From NCBI GenBank assembly GCA_963786955.1, contig CAWBAT010000004.1, positions 96,001 to 160,000 of the forward strand: DNA of 64,000 nucleotides, written 5' to 3'. Of the stretch, positions 35,444 to 44,804 are shown piece by piece. The notes beneath the pieces were generated by a model, which searched no databases, was not told the origin of the DNA, and worked only from the letters and a program-made list of their open reading frames with translations. This stretch comes from an uncultured Acidimicrobiia bacterium. Its GTDB lineage: Bacteria; Acidobacteriota; Terriglobia; Versatilivoradales; Versatilivoraceae. The stretch's first letter is position 1; the number at the start of each line of letters is the position of its first letter. The position numbers were made by a program, and so were the translations under genes.

Positions 35444-36214
35444 ATGACAAGCATGAGCGGCAAAGTTGCTCTGGTTACTGGAGCAAGCAGTGGAATCGGG
35501 CGAGCAACGGCCGTAGCCTTCGCAGCGATGGGAGCCAAGGTTTCACTCGCTGCGCGGCGGGTGGACGAGTTGGTTGAACTCGTTTGCGAGATCGAGGCGC
35601 GGGGAGGCACGCCAACCTTCGTAAAGACGGATGTTTCCGTTGCAAAGGACGTGGAACAGATGGTCAAACACACGATTGAAACCTTTGGGCGCCTCGACTA
35701 CGCTGTGAACAACGCTGGCATCGAGGGGCAGTTCTCTGGAATCACGGATTTGCCCGAGGAAGAGTGGGACCGAGTTCTCGACATCAACCTGAAAGGAACC
35801 TTTCTCTGCATGAAGTACGAGGCTAGAGCGATGCTTGCGGGCGGCCATGGCGGCGCGATCGTCAACATTGGCTCCGTAAACTCTTTCCTCGGCTTCCCTA
35901 CCGGCTCAGCGTATGTCGCCTCAAAGCATGGGCTGATCGGGCTGACGACGAGTGTCTCCGCGGAGCTGGCGCCGCAGGGAATCAGGGTCAATCTTGTGTG
36001 TCCGGGAGTCATCGATACGCCGATGCATCGCCGGCTGCGCGGGTTAATCGGTGACGAGATCTACGACGAAGTCCTGAAACAACGCGTTCATACGCGACGA
36101 GCGGGTCGCCCGGAGGAGATCGCCCAGTCCATTGTATTCCTGTGCTCGGACGAGGCCAGCTACATCACCGGCACAACACTGACGCCGGATGGCGGCTTCA
36201 CTTTGACGATATGA
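35444..36214 (+). CDS. SDR family oxidoreductase
   Basis: TGASSGIG, NNAG, YVASKHG motifs. Confidence 0.93.
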   Translation: MTSMSGKVALVTGASSGIGRATAVAFAAMGAKVSLAARRVDELVELVCEIEARGGTPTFVKTDVSVAKDVEQMVKHTIETFGRLDYAVNNAGIEGQFSGITDLPEEEWDRVLDINLKGTFLCMKYEARAMLAGGHGGAIVNIGSVNSFLGFPTGSAYVASKHGLIGLTTSVSAELAPQGIRVNLVCPGVIDTPMHRRLRGLIGDEIYDEVLKQRVHTRRAGRPEEIAQSIVFLCSDEASYITGTTLTPDGGFTLTI

Positions 36215-36231
36215 CTTCACGCACTGTCGCC

Positions 36232-36263
36232 GCATAACCTGCCGCTAAGCGCGAGCGTTAGCC
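36232..36263 (+). other. Internally deleted attC (32 bp)
   Basis: GCATAAC-CTGCCGCTAAGCGCGAGC-GTTAGCC. Confidence 0.6.
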
Positions 36264-36374
36264 CGTTCTTGGAAGGACCGCCCATGTTACACTTGAGGAC
36301 GTCACTCGCAGAGCGCCCCTCAGTTTTGGAACGGAAACTGACGCGTCAAGCGTTGACTCACAAAGGAGAGACCG

Positions 36375-36899
36375 ATGCCGATCACGGCTTTCAACAGTTT
36401 TACCGATGGCCTCGATCCGAATCGCCGAAGCCGCGAGCACTTCGTGACCACCATCGATATAGCAGACGATCGTCGCTGGGTGCCCTATGCCGATGGTGTC
36501 TGGTTACAGCCCTGCCATTTTAACGTCACGTCGGGGGGATTCAGTGTTATTTTAAAAGGTCTCCCCGGCAGCATGCTGGGCACGCACTACCACGTTGGCA
36601 CGGTGCGTGGTTATACGATGTGTGGGCACTGGCGCTACCTCGAGCACGACTGGGTCGCAAAGCCTGGGACCTTCATCTATGAACCCGCCGGAGAAGCTCA
36701 TACGCTGGTTATCATGGAGGATTCACCAGAACCGGCGTTGATCCTGTTTGTCGTTGAGGGTGGCCTCATATATTTAGACCAACCCGTCAACGGTGGCGTT
36801 GCTGCCTACGAGGATGGATTCACCCTTCTCGAACTGACTCGGAAGTACTATCGCGAAGCAGGTCTCGATGCGCGCCAGCTGGACCAGCTCATTCGTTAG
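36375..36899 (+). CDS. Cupin, 2,4'-dihydroxyacetophenone dioxygenase/ChrR-like
   Basis: HYH.G.V..YT..G.W.YLEHDW.A..G.FIYEP.GE.HTL. Confidence 0.85.
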   Translation: MPITAFNSFTDGLDPNRRSREHFVTTIDIADDRRWVPYADGVWLQPCHFNVTSGGFSVILKGLPGSMLGTHYHVGTVRGYTMCGHWRYLEHDWVAKPGTFIYEPAGEAHTLVIMEDSPEPALILFVVEGGLIYLDQPVNGGVAAYEDGFTLLELTRKYYREAGLDARQLDQLIR

Positions 36900-36924
36900 T
36901 TGAAGCGCCCGGCCTGAGAGAGGC

Positions 36925-36999
36925 GTCCAGAAAGCTGCCTCCAGCGAATACTCCTTCGTCGCTTCCGCTTCCCGCAGCCGCTGACGCCCAGTGTTAACT
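36925..36999 (+). other. Highly degenerate attC
   Basis: CTCCAGCG...GCAGCCGCTGACGCCCAGT-GTTAACT; R'' not recognisable. Confidence 0.4.
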
Positions 37000-37010
37000 G
37001 GCCACTGACA

Positions 37011-38555
37011 ATGAGAGTTAGCCGACGGGAATTCCTTAAAGTGACCAGCTCAACCGCTGTCGCACGGGCGTTCGTGAACCGCATCAACCATTCATCCATG
37101 TCTATGGAGGCAGCACCGATGTCGGACCCTGCCAAGTCCAGTGATCTCTGCTTCATGAGCGCGCGCGAGCTAGCGACGCACATCCACAGCCGTAAACTCT
37201 CTGCACGTGAGGTGATGGCGGCACACCTGGGGCAGATCCAGCGGCTGAATCCCAAGCTTAACGCCATCGTGGCCAAGCTGGATGACGACCAGTGCTTGGC
37301 CCTAGCGGATGAAGCCGACCGCCGCATCGAGAGGAGAGAGAAAGTCGGGCCTTTGCATGGCCTTCCCATTGCCTTTAAGGATTTGGAGGCGGCGGTTGGC
37401 TTCCCATGGACCCGGGGATCTCGGATCTATGAGAACGACATGCCGACGGAGGACACCGTTCTCGTTGAGCGACTGCGGAAGGCGGGTGCGGTGCCAATCG
37501 GCAAGACGAACGTGTCTGAGTTCGGGATGGGTTCCCACACCTACAACAAGGTGTACGGGACAACCCTGAATCCCTACGACCTCGCGAAGAGCGCGGGCGG
37601 TTCAAGTGGCGGCGCCGGCGCGGCACTGGCTGCCGGGATGATACCCCTGGCTGATGGCAGCGACTTCGGCGGTTCCTTGCGCAATCCTGCCAATTTCAAC
37701 AACATCGTTGCTCTGCGCCCCACTGTTGGCCTCGTGCCCACGGCCCCAACCACAATCCCGCTTCTCGGATTCTTGGTGAAGGGGCCCATGGGTCGCTCGG
37801 TCGCCGACACTGCCTTCATGCTGAGCGTGATGGCCGGGTCCGACTCCCGTGATCCCGGCTGCTATCCCTCCGACCCCACAATGTTCGCCAAGCCTCTGGA
37901 TCGCGACCTCAAGGGCGTGCGGGTCGCCTGGTGCCCGGACCTCGGAGGACTTCCACTTGACCGACGAGTGCGAGTCGTTCTGGAAGCACAACGCGCGACC
38001 TTTGAGCATCTCGGCTGCATCGTCGAGGAAGCTTTCCCAGATCTAAGTGGGGCGAACGAGGTCTTCCTCACGATCCGCGCGTGGCGATCCTGGAATTTAC
38101 TTGGACCTTTGCTCGAAAAGCATCGGGCTGAGATGAAGCCGGAGGCTGTCTCAGAAATTGAGTCGGGGGCTCAGCTGAGCGGGTCCGACGTCGCCAAAGC
38201 AATGATCCAGCACGGTGCAATCATGGAACGGATGCGACGGTTTCAGGAGAGATACGAGTTCACGATCTGCGCGGTGAATCAGGTCCCGCCGTTCGACGCC
38301 ACAATCGACTGGCCAAAGGAAATCGAGGCAGTGAAGATGGAGAACTACGTGGCTTGGATGAAGTCGGCCTACTGGATGACCGTGACTTTCCGTCCAGCCA
38401 TCTCGGTGCCGGCCGGGTTCACTTTCGAGGGGTTGCCCGTCGGCATCCAGATCATGGGCCGTTACCGCGACGATCTCGGCGTTCTTCAGATTGCCCACGC
38501 TTTCGAACAGGCGACTGGCTTCGGTCGCAAGCGGCCGGCGGTCGCGTCGAATTAA
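37011..38555 (+). CDS. Amidase signature family enzyme with Tat-like signal (SRREFLK)
   Basis: GPLHGLP.A.KD, GGSSGGAG, GSDFGGSLRNPA. Confidence 0.92.
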   Translation: MRVSRREFLKVTSSTAVARAFVNRINHSSMSMEAAPMSDPAKSSDLCFMSARELATHIHSRKLSAREVMAAHLGQIQRLNPKLNAIVAKLDDDQCLALADEADRRIERREKVGPLHGLPIAFKDLEAAVGFPWTRGSRIYENDMPTEDTVLVERLRKAGAVPIGKTNVSEFGMGSHTYNKVYGTTLNPYDLAKSAGGSSGGAGAALAAGMIPLADGSDFGGSLRNPANFNNIVALRPTVGLVPTAPTTIPLLGFLVKGPMGRSVADTAFMLSVMAGSDSRDPGCYPSDPTMFAKPLDRDLKGVRVAWCPDLGGLPLDRRVRVVLEAQRATFEHLGCIVEEAFPDLSGANEVFLTIRAWRSWNLLGPLLEKHRAEMKPEAVSEIESGAQLSGSDVAKAMIQHGAIMERMRRFQERYEFTICAVNQVPPFDATIDWPKEIEAVKMENYVAWMKSAYWMTVTFRPAISVPAGFTFEGLPVGIQIMGRYRDDLGVLQIAHAFEQATGFGRKRPAVASN

Positions 38556-38687
38556 GGGATGAACTCGATTGCATTACGCGGGCGGCTGGGCCATTGACCG
38601 CAGTCTTGCGCAAAATAGGCTCACCCCTTTTGCAACCCACTTGATGGTTCCATGCTGAAATCAGCGTGGTCGACATCAATTTTGAAG

Positions 38688-39989
38688 ATGCCGATTCCAA
38701 ACTCATCCCCTACCCGGCTGCGGCGCAGCCTTCGCCCCTCCGGCTTAATCGCGGTCACGTTCTTCTGTGTCGCCGGAGGCGCCTTTGGTTTAGAAGATGC
38801 GGTCGGCGCCGCCGGGCCGCAGGTCGTGTTGCTGGGAATTCTCCTCTTACCCTGGCTCTGGAGTTTTCCCACCGCGCTCATGACTGCAGAACTATCCACG
38901 GCGATGCCGGAAGACGGTGGCTACGTCATCTGGGTAGAGAAGGCGTTCGGCCGGTTCTGGGGTTTTCAAGAGGGCTGGCTCAGTTGGATGTGCAGTTTTG
39001 CCGACAACGCGCTCTATCCGGTGATGTTCCTCGATTATCTCGCTTATCTGCGCGGCGACATGGGCCCCATGGAACGCTGGCTCATCGGCACAACCGTCAT
39101 TCTCGCGATCACCTGGTTGAATATTCGCGGTATTCAACTCGTTGGCTTCATGTCGATTCTCTTTACTCTTTTTGTGCTCGCGCCATTTGTCACAATGGTC
39201 TTCCTCGGCGCCTCAAGGGTAGAGACAAGTCATTGGTTTGCTTCGACTGGGAACGTGAATTGGCCTTTGCTCCTAAGCGTCCTCCTATGGAACACCTGCG
39301 GGTGGGACAATGCCGGCTGCTGCGCCGGCGAGGTCGAGAAACCTGCAAAAACCTATCCGCGCGCCATGACAATTGCCGTCCTGCTGGTCACCCTGTCCTA
39401 TCTGTTGCCGATGGCTGTCGGCGTCAGCGTTGTGACGAACTGGTCTCGGTGGAAAGAAGGCCTGTTCCCCAAGATCGCCGCACAAATTGGCGGCAGTTGG
39501 CTCGGTATCTGGTTAACAGCAGCGGCATTGGTGAGCGCGGTTGGCATGCTCAACGCGCTCCTGTGTACTTCCTCGCGCGTGCCCTTCGCCATGGCCGAGC
39601 GCAAGATGCTGCCGCGCGGGCTCGCCGCGCTCCATACCAGGCACGCCACCCCATGGCGCACCATCGTGGTAAACAGCCTTGGTGTCGCTGTTTTGATCGC
39701 GTTTTCCTTCCAGGAATTGATCGAGGTCGACATGTTCCTTTATGCTGCAGCCTTGGTCTTGGAATTCGCTGCACTGGTCTGGTTGCGGATCAAGAAACCC
39801 GAGATGGCGCGCCCCTATCGCGTGCCATTTGGCATCGCCGGTGTGATCGCGATCAGTGTTCCACCGATTGCGCTCTGTTTTTTCAGTATCGCGCTCGCCA
39901 ACAAGGCGACGAGGTATGTCGGACTGATCGCAATAGCAATTGGACTGGTAGTTTATCGATATGGTATGGGGTCGGACCAAGCGAAGTAG
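38688..39989 (+). CDS. APC family permease, resembling plant/protist polyamine uptake transporters
   Basis: GGAFGLED.V, PWLWS.P.AL.TAEL.T.MP.DGGYV.WV..AFG.FWGFQEGW; many TM segments. Confidence 0.88.
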   Translation: MPIPNSSPTRLRRSLRPSGLIAVTFFCVAGGAFGLEDAVGAAGPQVVLLGILLLPWLWSFPTALMTAELSTAMPEDGGYVIWVEKAFGRFWGFQEGWLSWMCSFADNALYPVMFLDYLAYLRGDMGPMERWLIGTTVILAITWLNIRGIQLVGFMSILFTLFVLAPFVTMVFLGASRVETSHWFASTGNVNWPLLLSVLLWNTCGWDNAGCCAGEVEKPAKTYPRAMTIAVLLVTLSYLLPMAVGVSVVTNWSRWKEGLFPKIAAQIGGSWLGIWLTAAALVSAVGMLNALLCTSSRVPFAMAERKMLPRGLAALHTRHATPWRTIVVNSLGVAVLIAFSFQELIEVDMFLYAAALVLEFAALVWLRIKKPEMARPYRVPFGIAGVIAISVPPIALCFFSIALANKATRYVGLIAIAIGLVVYRYGMGSDQAK

Positions 39990-40106
39990 CTGATTCGCTT
40001 GAACATCTCTGCAAAAAAGGGCAGTATTATGGCCTTAATGTGCATTTTTTCGGCCCGAAAACATACCTTCAAGACAAAGAATCTGCTTTTGGCCAGAGCT
40101 TCCAAA
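39983..40106 (+). repeat. Dispersed 123-bp repeat, copy 2
   Basis: Colinear with 30110-30232; overlaps the permease stop codon. Confidence 0.75.
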
Positions 40107-40385
40107 CAGCAAACGCTCATACCCACGTTTTAAACCGAGATGGTCGTGGCGTTCAAGACCTCGCAGACTCGCTTTGAAGGATTTTGTACCCTGCATGCAG
40201 AAAGTCAGGCTGTCAGGCTGCAAGCGTGTAGTCAAATTTCGGCCGCCTAAATTTCTAAAGCCAATCTAAAGATTTGTAAATTAGAATAACCACGAATAAG
40301 GGCTAGCTGAAACATTGGTGGATTGGGCTGCAGTAAATTGCCTAAGGCTTTTTGCGAATTCAGCGGCAATAGGGAGATGCCTTGA

Positions 40386-40949
40386 ATGGTGATTCATACT
40401 GCTTGCTTAAAGTTGATACCAGCCACGGTCGCTCTGGCCCGCGCGGAGATCCGTGACCGTGACGAGTTCGCCCGGTTGTTGGGGGCATTAGTCCCTAACA
40501 ACTGGCCCCCGGAAACCCTTGTAGACGCGCTGCCCGTATTCCTGGGCTGGCTGGAGGCAGCACCTGATTCGGTCGGTTGGTTCGGCTGGTACGCCCTGGC
40601 CACCGGCGATGGCACAACCGCGCCGCTTCTCGTAGCCAGTGGCGGGTTCAAAGGTCCCCCGCAAAAAGGAGCAGTCGAACTCGGTTACTCCGTCCTCCCT
40701 CAGTTCCAGGGCCGAGGGTATGCGACAGAATTGGTTTGCGGTCTGATTCAGTGGGTGCTGGAGCAGCCAGGCGTGGTCCGTATCGTAGCCGAGACCGAGT
40801 GGGCTAACCCCGCCTCGGTACGGGTTCTAATCAAGGCGGGATTTGCCCGAATCGGGCCGGCTTTGGAGCCCGGCGGTGGGCGGTTTGAATTTCCAGGTAG
40901 CGCGTCAGCCGCTGATCCCTGCACTCCAATTGCCCTGACCAGCTTGTAA
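40386..40949 (+). CDS. GNAT acetyltransferase, RimJ/RimL-like
   Basis: GFKGPP..G.VELGYSVLP.FQGRGYATE, N.AS.RVL.KAGF. Confidence 0.88.
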   Translation: MVIHTACLKLIPATVALARAEIRDRDEFARLLGALVPNNWPPETLVDALPVFLGWLEAAPDSVGWFGWYALATGDGTTAPLLVASGGFKGPPQKGAVELGYSVLPQFQGRGYATELVCGLIQWVLEQPGVVRIVAETEWANPASVRVLIKAGFARIGPALEPGGGRFEFPGSASAADPCTPIALTSL

Positions 40950-41062
40950 GAGACTTTTGGTAATCTTATGTACCGATCAAGCCGGGGAGTTGAGCTGGTC
41001 GATAAGCAGATCCCGGCTAGTTCTGCTCGACACGGAAAACTTCACTTGAGGTCTTGAGATCC

Positions 41063-41524
41063 ATGCATACAATCGCAGATAAAAAGATTCTAAACTCTCT
41101 CGTGGAGCGCCTGCGGCAGCTTAGGTCCGACACCCCGCGCCGCTGGGGTACGCTCACGGCGGGGGAAATGCTCTGTCACCTCGGGGATGCCCACGAATCG
41201 GTGCTAGGCACACGCATTCCTCCTGGGCCAATTCCTTCCGGCGCTCCACGCCCGCTCCTCAAATGGTTTGCCTTGTATACGGCTGTTCCTTGGCCGAAGG
41301 GCGTAAAGACTCGACCGGGGGTGGACCCAATGATCGACGGAACTCATCCTGTGGACTTTGAGCAGGATCGGGAACGGGCCATCCGCACTTTGAAGGCTCT
41401 TGCCATTGCGGAACCCACTACTTTTCCTGCAAGCCATTTCATGTTTGGCCCGATGTCCGCCCGAGATTGGCACCGCTGGGCTTATCGGCACGTCACTCAT
41501 CACTTGCGACAGTTTGGGCTCTAG
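41063..41524 (+). CDS. DinB/DUF1569 family protein
   Basis: WG.LT..EML.HL, H..FG.M...DW...AY.H..HHL.QFG. Confidence 0.85.
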   Translation: MHTIADKKILNSLVERLRQLRSDTPRRWGTLTAGEMLCHLGDAHESVLGTRIPPGPIPSGAPRPLLKWFALYTAVPWPKGVKTRPGVDPMIDGTHPVDFEQDRERAIRTLKALAIAEPTTFPASHFMFGPMSARDWHRWAYRHVTHHLRQFGL

Positions 41525-41605
41525 CCCCGGTGGCCGCAAGAAGTTAAACCCTGATCCAGTATGCCCCTTCACCAGAAAGCCACCATAAAAGATTAGGTTT
41601 GCCCT

Positions 41606-42001
41606 ATGAAAATGGACAAAAGCAAATATGACTCTATTGGGAAATTGAAAAATGGCCTTTTCAAGGAGCACTTCAAGGATGGCACCTTGTCCTGTGTTGG
41701 GAAATACAGGAATGGTGAGAAAACCGGAGGATGGAAATACTATTTACGTAATGGCTTGTTGAAAGCATTTGGAAAATATGCGAATGGTAAGTTAACGGGA
41801 AAGTGGAAATGGTATCGGGAAAATGGAAAGCTCATGCAGACAGGTGAGTTTAAGGACGAGAAAAGAGTAGGGCTGTGGAAAAGATATCATCCCAATGGGG
41901 CGTTATATGACGAGGGCGAATTCAAGGATGACCCAAAAACAGGTGAATGGAAAATTTATGATCTCAATGGAACTCTCATCAAGACAAGGAAATTTAGATA
42001 A
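41606..42001 (+). CDS. MORN-variant repeat (YwqK-like) protein
   Basis: Repeated G.WK.Y..NG.L...G.Y/F units. Confidence 0.85.
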   Translation: MKMDKSKYDSIGKLKNGLFKEHFKDGTLSCVGKYRNGEKTGGWKYYLRNGLLKAFGKYANGKLTGKWKWYRENGKLMQTGEFKDEKRVGLWKRYHPNGALYDEGEFKDDPKTGEWKIYDLNGTLIKTRKFR

Positions 42002-42064
42002 TGAGTCCCCTAAGAATTCGGAACTGAAGAACCAAAGGCAAAACAATAGGTTCCAGCGGCCACA

Positions 42065-42338
42065 CTAGTCCGGATTTCTCACCACCAGCGCCGCATTTCC
42101 CCTCACCCCCTGAAGCATTCTCAAAGCTTCAGCCTCTCACGCGTTGGGGCGAGGGGAGCCGATAATTCATTATTGGCTTCCTCTTTCCAAAGGAGAGAGG
42201 AGGTGGAAAGAAATTGTCGAACTGTTTGTAGGGAACGCTCGCCGCAGCGTTCCCTACATTGCCAAGGAACTCTGAATTCAAATGGTTTCGCTACTCTATT
42301 GTTTCTGTTTTCCCCCAGTGGTGAGAAATCCGGGCTAG
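42065..42338. mobile_element. MITE-like element with 21-bp terminal inverted repeats beginning CTAG
   Basis: CTAGTCCGGATTTCTCACCAC vs reverse complement CTAGCCCGGATTTCTCACCAC (20/21); contains nested hairpins; no transposase. Confidence 0.75.
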
Positions 42339-42441
42339 CGGTACCGTTGAACTGAAATACGAGCTTCATCAACTCAATAGCCCCATATTGTTATACTGGT
42401 GACCAACGACTTAACTGTCTGCACGATTAAGGAGGGTAACC

Positions 42442-43122
42442 ATGAACGAATCGATCTTGTTACATACCCGCCGCCGTCTTCTCGCGGGCATGACGATTGG
42501 AACCGCCGCGTTAGCCGTACCCGGCCTCTTCAGTATCTCTGGCCTCTTCGCTGAAGAACTCATGCTTACGCCGCGCCAGACGGAGGGGCCGTTTTATCCC
42601 GACCACCTGCCGCTCGACACGGACAATGACCTGATCATCGTCAACGATGACATCACACCCGCAGTCGGTGAAATCACGCACTTGAGCGGGCGCATCCTCG
42701 ATTCCAAGGGTGATCCCATTCGTGACGCGCTGGTCGAAATCTGGCAGGTCGACAACAACGGGATCTATCTGCACTCCGGCAGCAACAATCATGCGGCGCG
42801 AGACTCGAACTTCCAGGGCTTCGGCCGGTTCCTGACCGGCTCCAGCGGCGAATACTATTTCCGCACCATCAAGCCGACACTCTATCCCGGACGCACGCGG
42901 CACATTCATTTCGCCATCAAGATGAAGGGCCGAGAGAAGTGGACCACCCAGTGCTACGTCAAAGGCGAACCACAGAACGAGCGCGATTTTGTCCTTAAAG
43001 GAGTCACAGACCTCGAGGCGCGCGAGTCCTTGATTGTGGATTTCAGCCCGGTAAAGGGGTCGCGCATTGGGGAATTAGCCGCCCAGTTCAATATCGTGTT
43101 GGGGTTTACGCCCGTAGTGTGA
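42442..43122 (+). CDS. Intradiol ring-cleavage dioxygenase family protein (Tat-like N-terminus)
   Basis: TEGPFYP, VEIWQ.D..G.Y, F.TIKP..Y..R..HIHF, TTQ.Y. Confidence 0.9.
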   Translation: MNESILLHTRRRLLAGMTIGTAALAVPGLFSISGLFAEELMLTPRQTEGPFYPDHLPLDTDNDLIIVNDDITPAVGEITHLSGRILDSKGDPIRDALVEIWQVDNNGIYLHSGSNNHAARDSNFQGFGRFLTGSSGEYYFRTIKPTLYPGRTRHIHFAIKMKGREKWTTQCYVKGEPQNERDFVLKGVTDLEARESLIVDFSPVKGSRIGELAAQFNIVLGFTPVV

Positions 43123-43130
43123 GCAGGCCA

Positions 43131-43269
43131 TTCGAAGACATGCAGACTGCCCATGTCTTCGACACCCGGTGTTCTCCGTGGCTACCAGGCAACTCTGTTC
43201 GAAGACATGCAAACCACGCATGTCTTCGCCACCCAGCGGAGAGAAAAGCATTCTCCGTGGCTACCAGGC
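43131..43269. repeat. Tandem pair of REP-like units between convergent genes
   Basis: Two copies of TTCGAAGACATGC..CATGTCTTCG.CACCC..TTCTCCGTGGCTACCAGGC. Confidence 0.8.
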
Positions 43270-43274
43270 TTCCT

Positions 43275-44654
43275 TCAGAGCAATGTCCCGTGGAGAATCA
43301 TGGACGCGATGGAGAAATAGATAACCAAACCCGTCACATCCACCAGGGTCGCGACAAAAGGCGCTGAGGATGTCGCAGGGTCAAATCCCAGGCGTCTTAA
43401 TAGAAATGGGAGGAGCGACCCAGACAAGGTTCCCCAAAGCACCACCCCAACGAGAGAAAAGCTAACGGTGAAGGCTACCAATAACCAGTGGGGACCATAA
43501 ATATTGGAGAAAATCGACCAGACGGAGATTCTCAAGAACCCGATACTGCCTAATATTGTACCCAGAGCCAAACCCGAAAAAATTTCCCGCCGCATCACCC
43601 GCCACCAATCAGAGCCCCCCACCTCACTCAAGGCAAGAGCGCGGATCACCAGAGTGGAGGCCTGAGAACCGGAATTTCCACCGCTGGAAATGATGAGCGG
43701 GACAAAAAGAGCCAGCACCACCGCCTGCGCGATCTCGTCTTGGAAATGACCCATGGCCGTTGCAGTGAGCATTTCCCCCAGGAACAATATCACCAACCAA
43801 CCGGCACGTTTCTGCACCATGCGCCAAAAGTTAATCTGCATGTAAGGTTCATCTAAGGCTTCCAAACCGCCGATTTTTTGAATATCTTCTGTGGCGGCTG
43901 CCTCCGCAACGTCTAAAACATCGTCAATGGTGACAATGCCAACGAGCACCCCGTGAACATCCACAACGGGTAATGCCGTGCGGTCCTCTTCCTTGAATAC
44001 TCGGACAGCTGTTTCCTGAGTGTCAGTAACTTGGAGTGCAATGAAGTGGTGATCCATCAACTCGGAAACCTTCTGACCCAAGGGGGCCAAAAGAAATTCT
44101 CGGATGCGAATGTCATCCAGCAACACCTTGTGGTCATCGACCACATAAATCACATTGAGCGTTTCGCTGTCTTGCCCCGTCTCCCGGACAAAATCGAGTA
44201 CCTGCGCTACCGTCCAGTCCTCCTTTATGGAAATTAAATCGGGAGTCATCAAACGGCCGACGCTCTCCTCGGGGTATTCCAAGAGGGACATGGCCACAGC
44301 CCTTTCATGGGGCGCCATCATGTCCAACAACCGTTTCGACTTCGTTTCCGTAAGTTCTTCCAACAGGAGTGTTCTGTCGTCCGGGGACATCTCATTCAAG
44401 ATACCGATGGCTTCATCTTTTGCCATCGCCTGCAGCAGGTGTTCCTGCGTACTCGGCAAGAGGTATTGGAAAGTTTCCACGGCTTTTCTTCTCGAAAGGC
44501 TTCTTAAGACGACCACCTGTTCCGAGGCGGGCAGATCGCTCATCAGCTCTGCCAGATCGTTGGGCGGATAGTCTTTCAGCACCGTCGGAAGCATGGCATA
44601 ATCATGCGCCTTCAAAACCTGTTTGGCTCCCGGCAAAAGACGATGAATGGGCAT
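43275..44654 (-). CDS. mgtE: Magnesium transporter MgtE
   Basis: YPEESVGRLMT, CBS pair, SGGNSGSQ, DPA..SAPFVATLVDV.G. Confidence 0.96.
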   Translation of the reverse strand: MPIHRLLPGAKQVLKAHDYAMLPTVLKDYPPNDLAELMSDLPASEQVVVLRSLSRRKAVETFQYLLPSTQEHLLQAMAKDEAIGILNEMSPDDRTLLLEELTETKSKRLLDMMAPHERAVAMSLLEYPEESVGRLMTPDLISIKEDWTVAQVLDFVRETGQDSETLNVIYVVDDHKVLLDDIRIREFLLAPLGQKVSELMDHHFIALQVTDTQETAVRVFKEEDRTALPVVDVHGVLVGIVTIDDVLDVAEAAATEDIQKIGGLEALDEPYMQINFWRMVQKRAGWLVILFLGEMLTATAMGHFQDEIAQAVVLALFVPLIISSGGNSGSQASTLVIRALALSEVGGSDWWRVMRREIFSGLALGTILGSIGFLRISVWSIFSNIYGPHWLLVAFTVSFSLVGVVLWGTLSGSLLPFLLRRLGFDPATSSAPFVATLVDVTGLVIYFSIASMILHGTLL

Positions 44655-44804
44655 ATCAAAACTCCTCGGGGTTTTTGATTCAGTAGAAAGGAACTCGGTT
44701 GTTTCTTAATGGTTAGTCGGATTCATTCATGTGTATTGCTTTAGCCGGGGCCGTTGAGCCCGACCGTACCTAGCAGATCCAGTCACAACAAGAACCTCCG
44801 CGAC

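Larger units (their letters stand above)
21010..36999 (+). mobile_element. Chromosomal integron (truncated intI + attI + cassette array with about 19 attC sites or remnants)
   Basis: Repeated RYYYAAC..GTTRRRY hairpins after single co-oriented ORFs; each proximal R'' extends complementarity to the first bases of its own cassette. Confidence 0.93.

Noticed and set aside
38666-40177. 503-aa ORF overlapping the APC permease in another frame
   Set aside because: Arg/Gly-rich shadow frame typical of GC-biased coding DNA; no recognisable motifs.
40225-40310. Possible second IS1634-like right end (TGTAGTC...AAGGGCTAG)
   Set aside because: Only weak resemblance to 157-239, with no transposase remnant or partner end.
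44655-44804. Possible M-box (ykoK) riboswitch upstream of mgtE
   Set aside because: Conserved M-box motifs not found; the only structure is a short REP-like hairpin.
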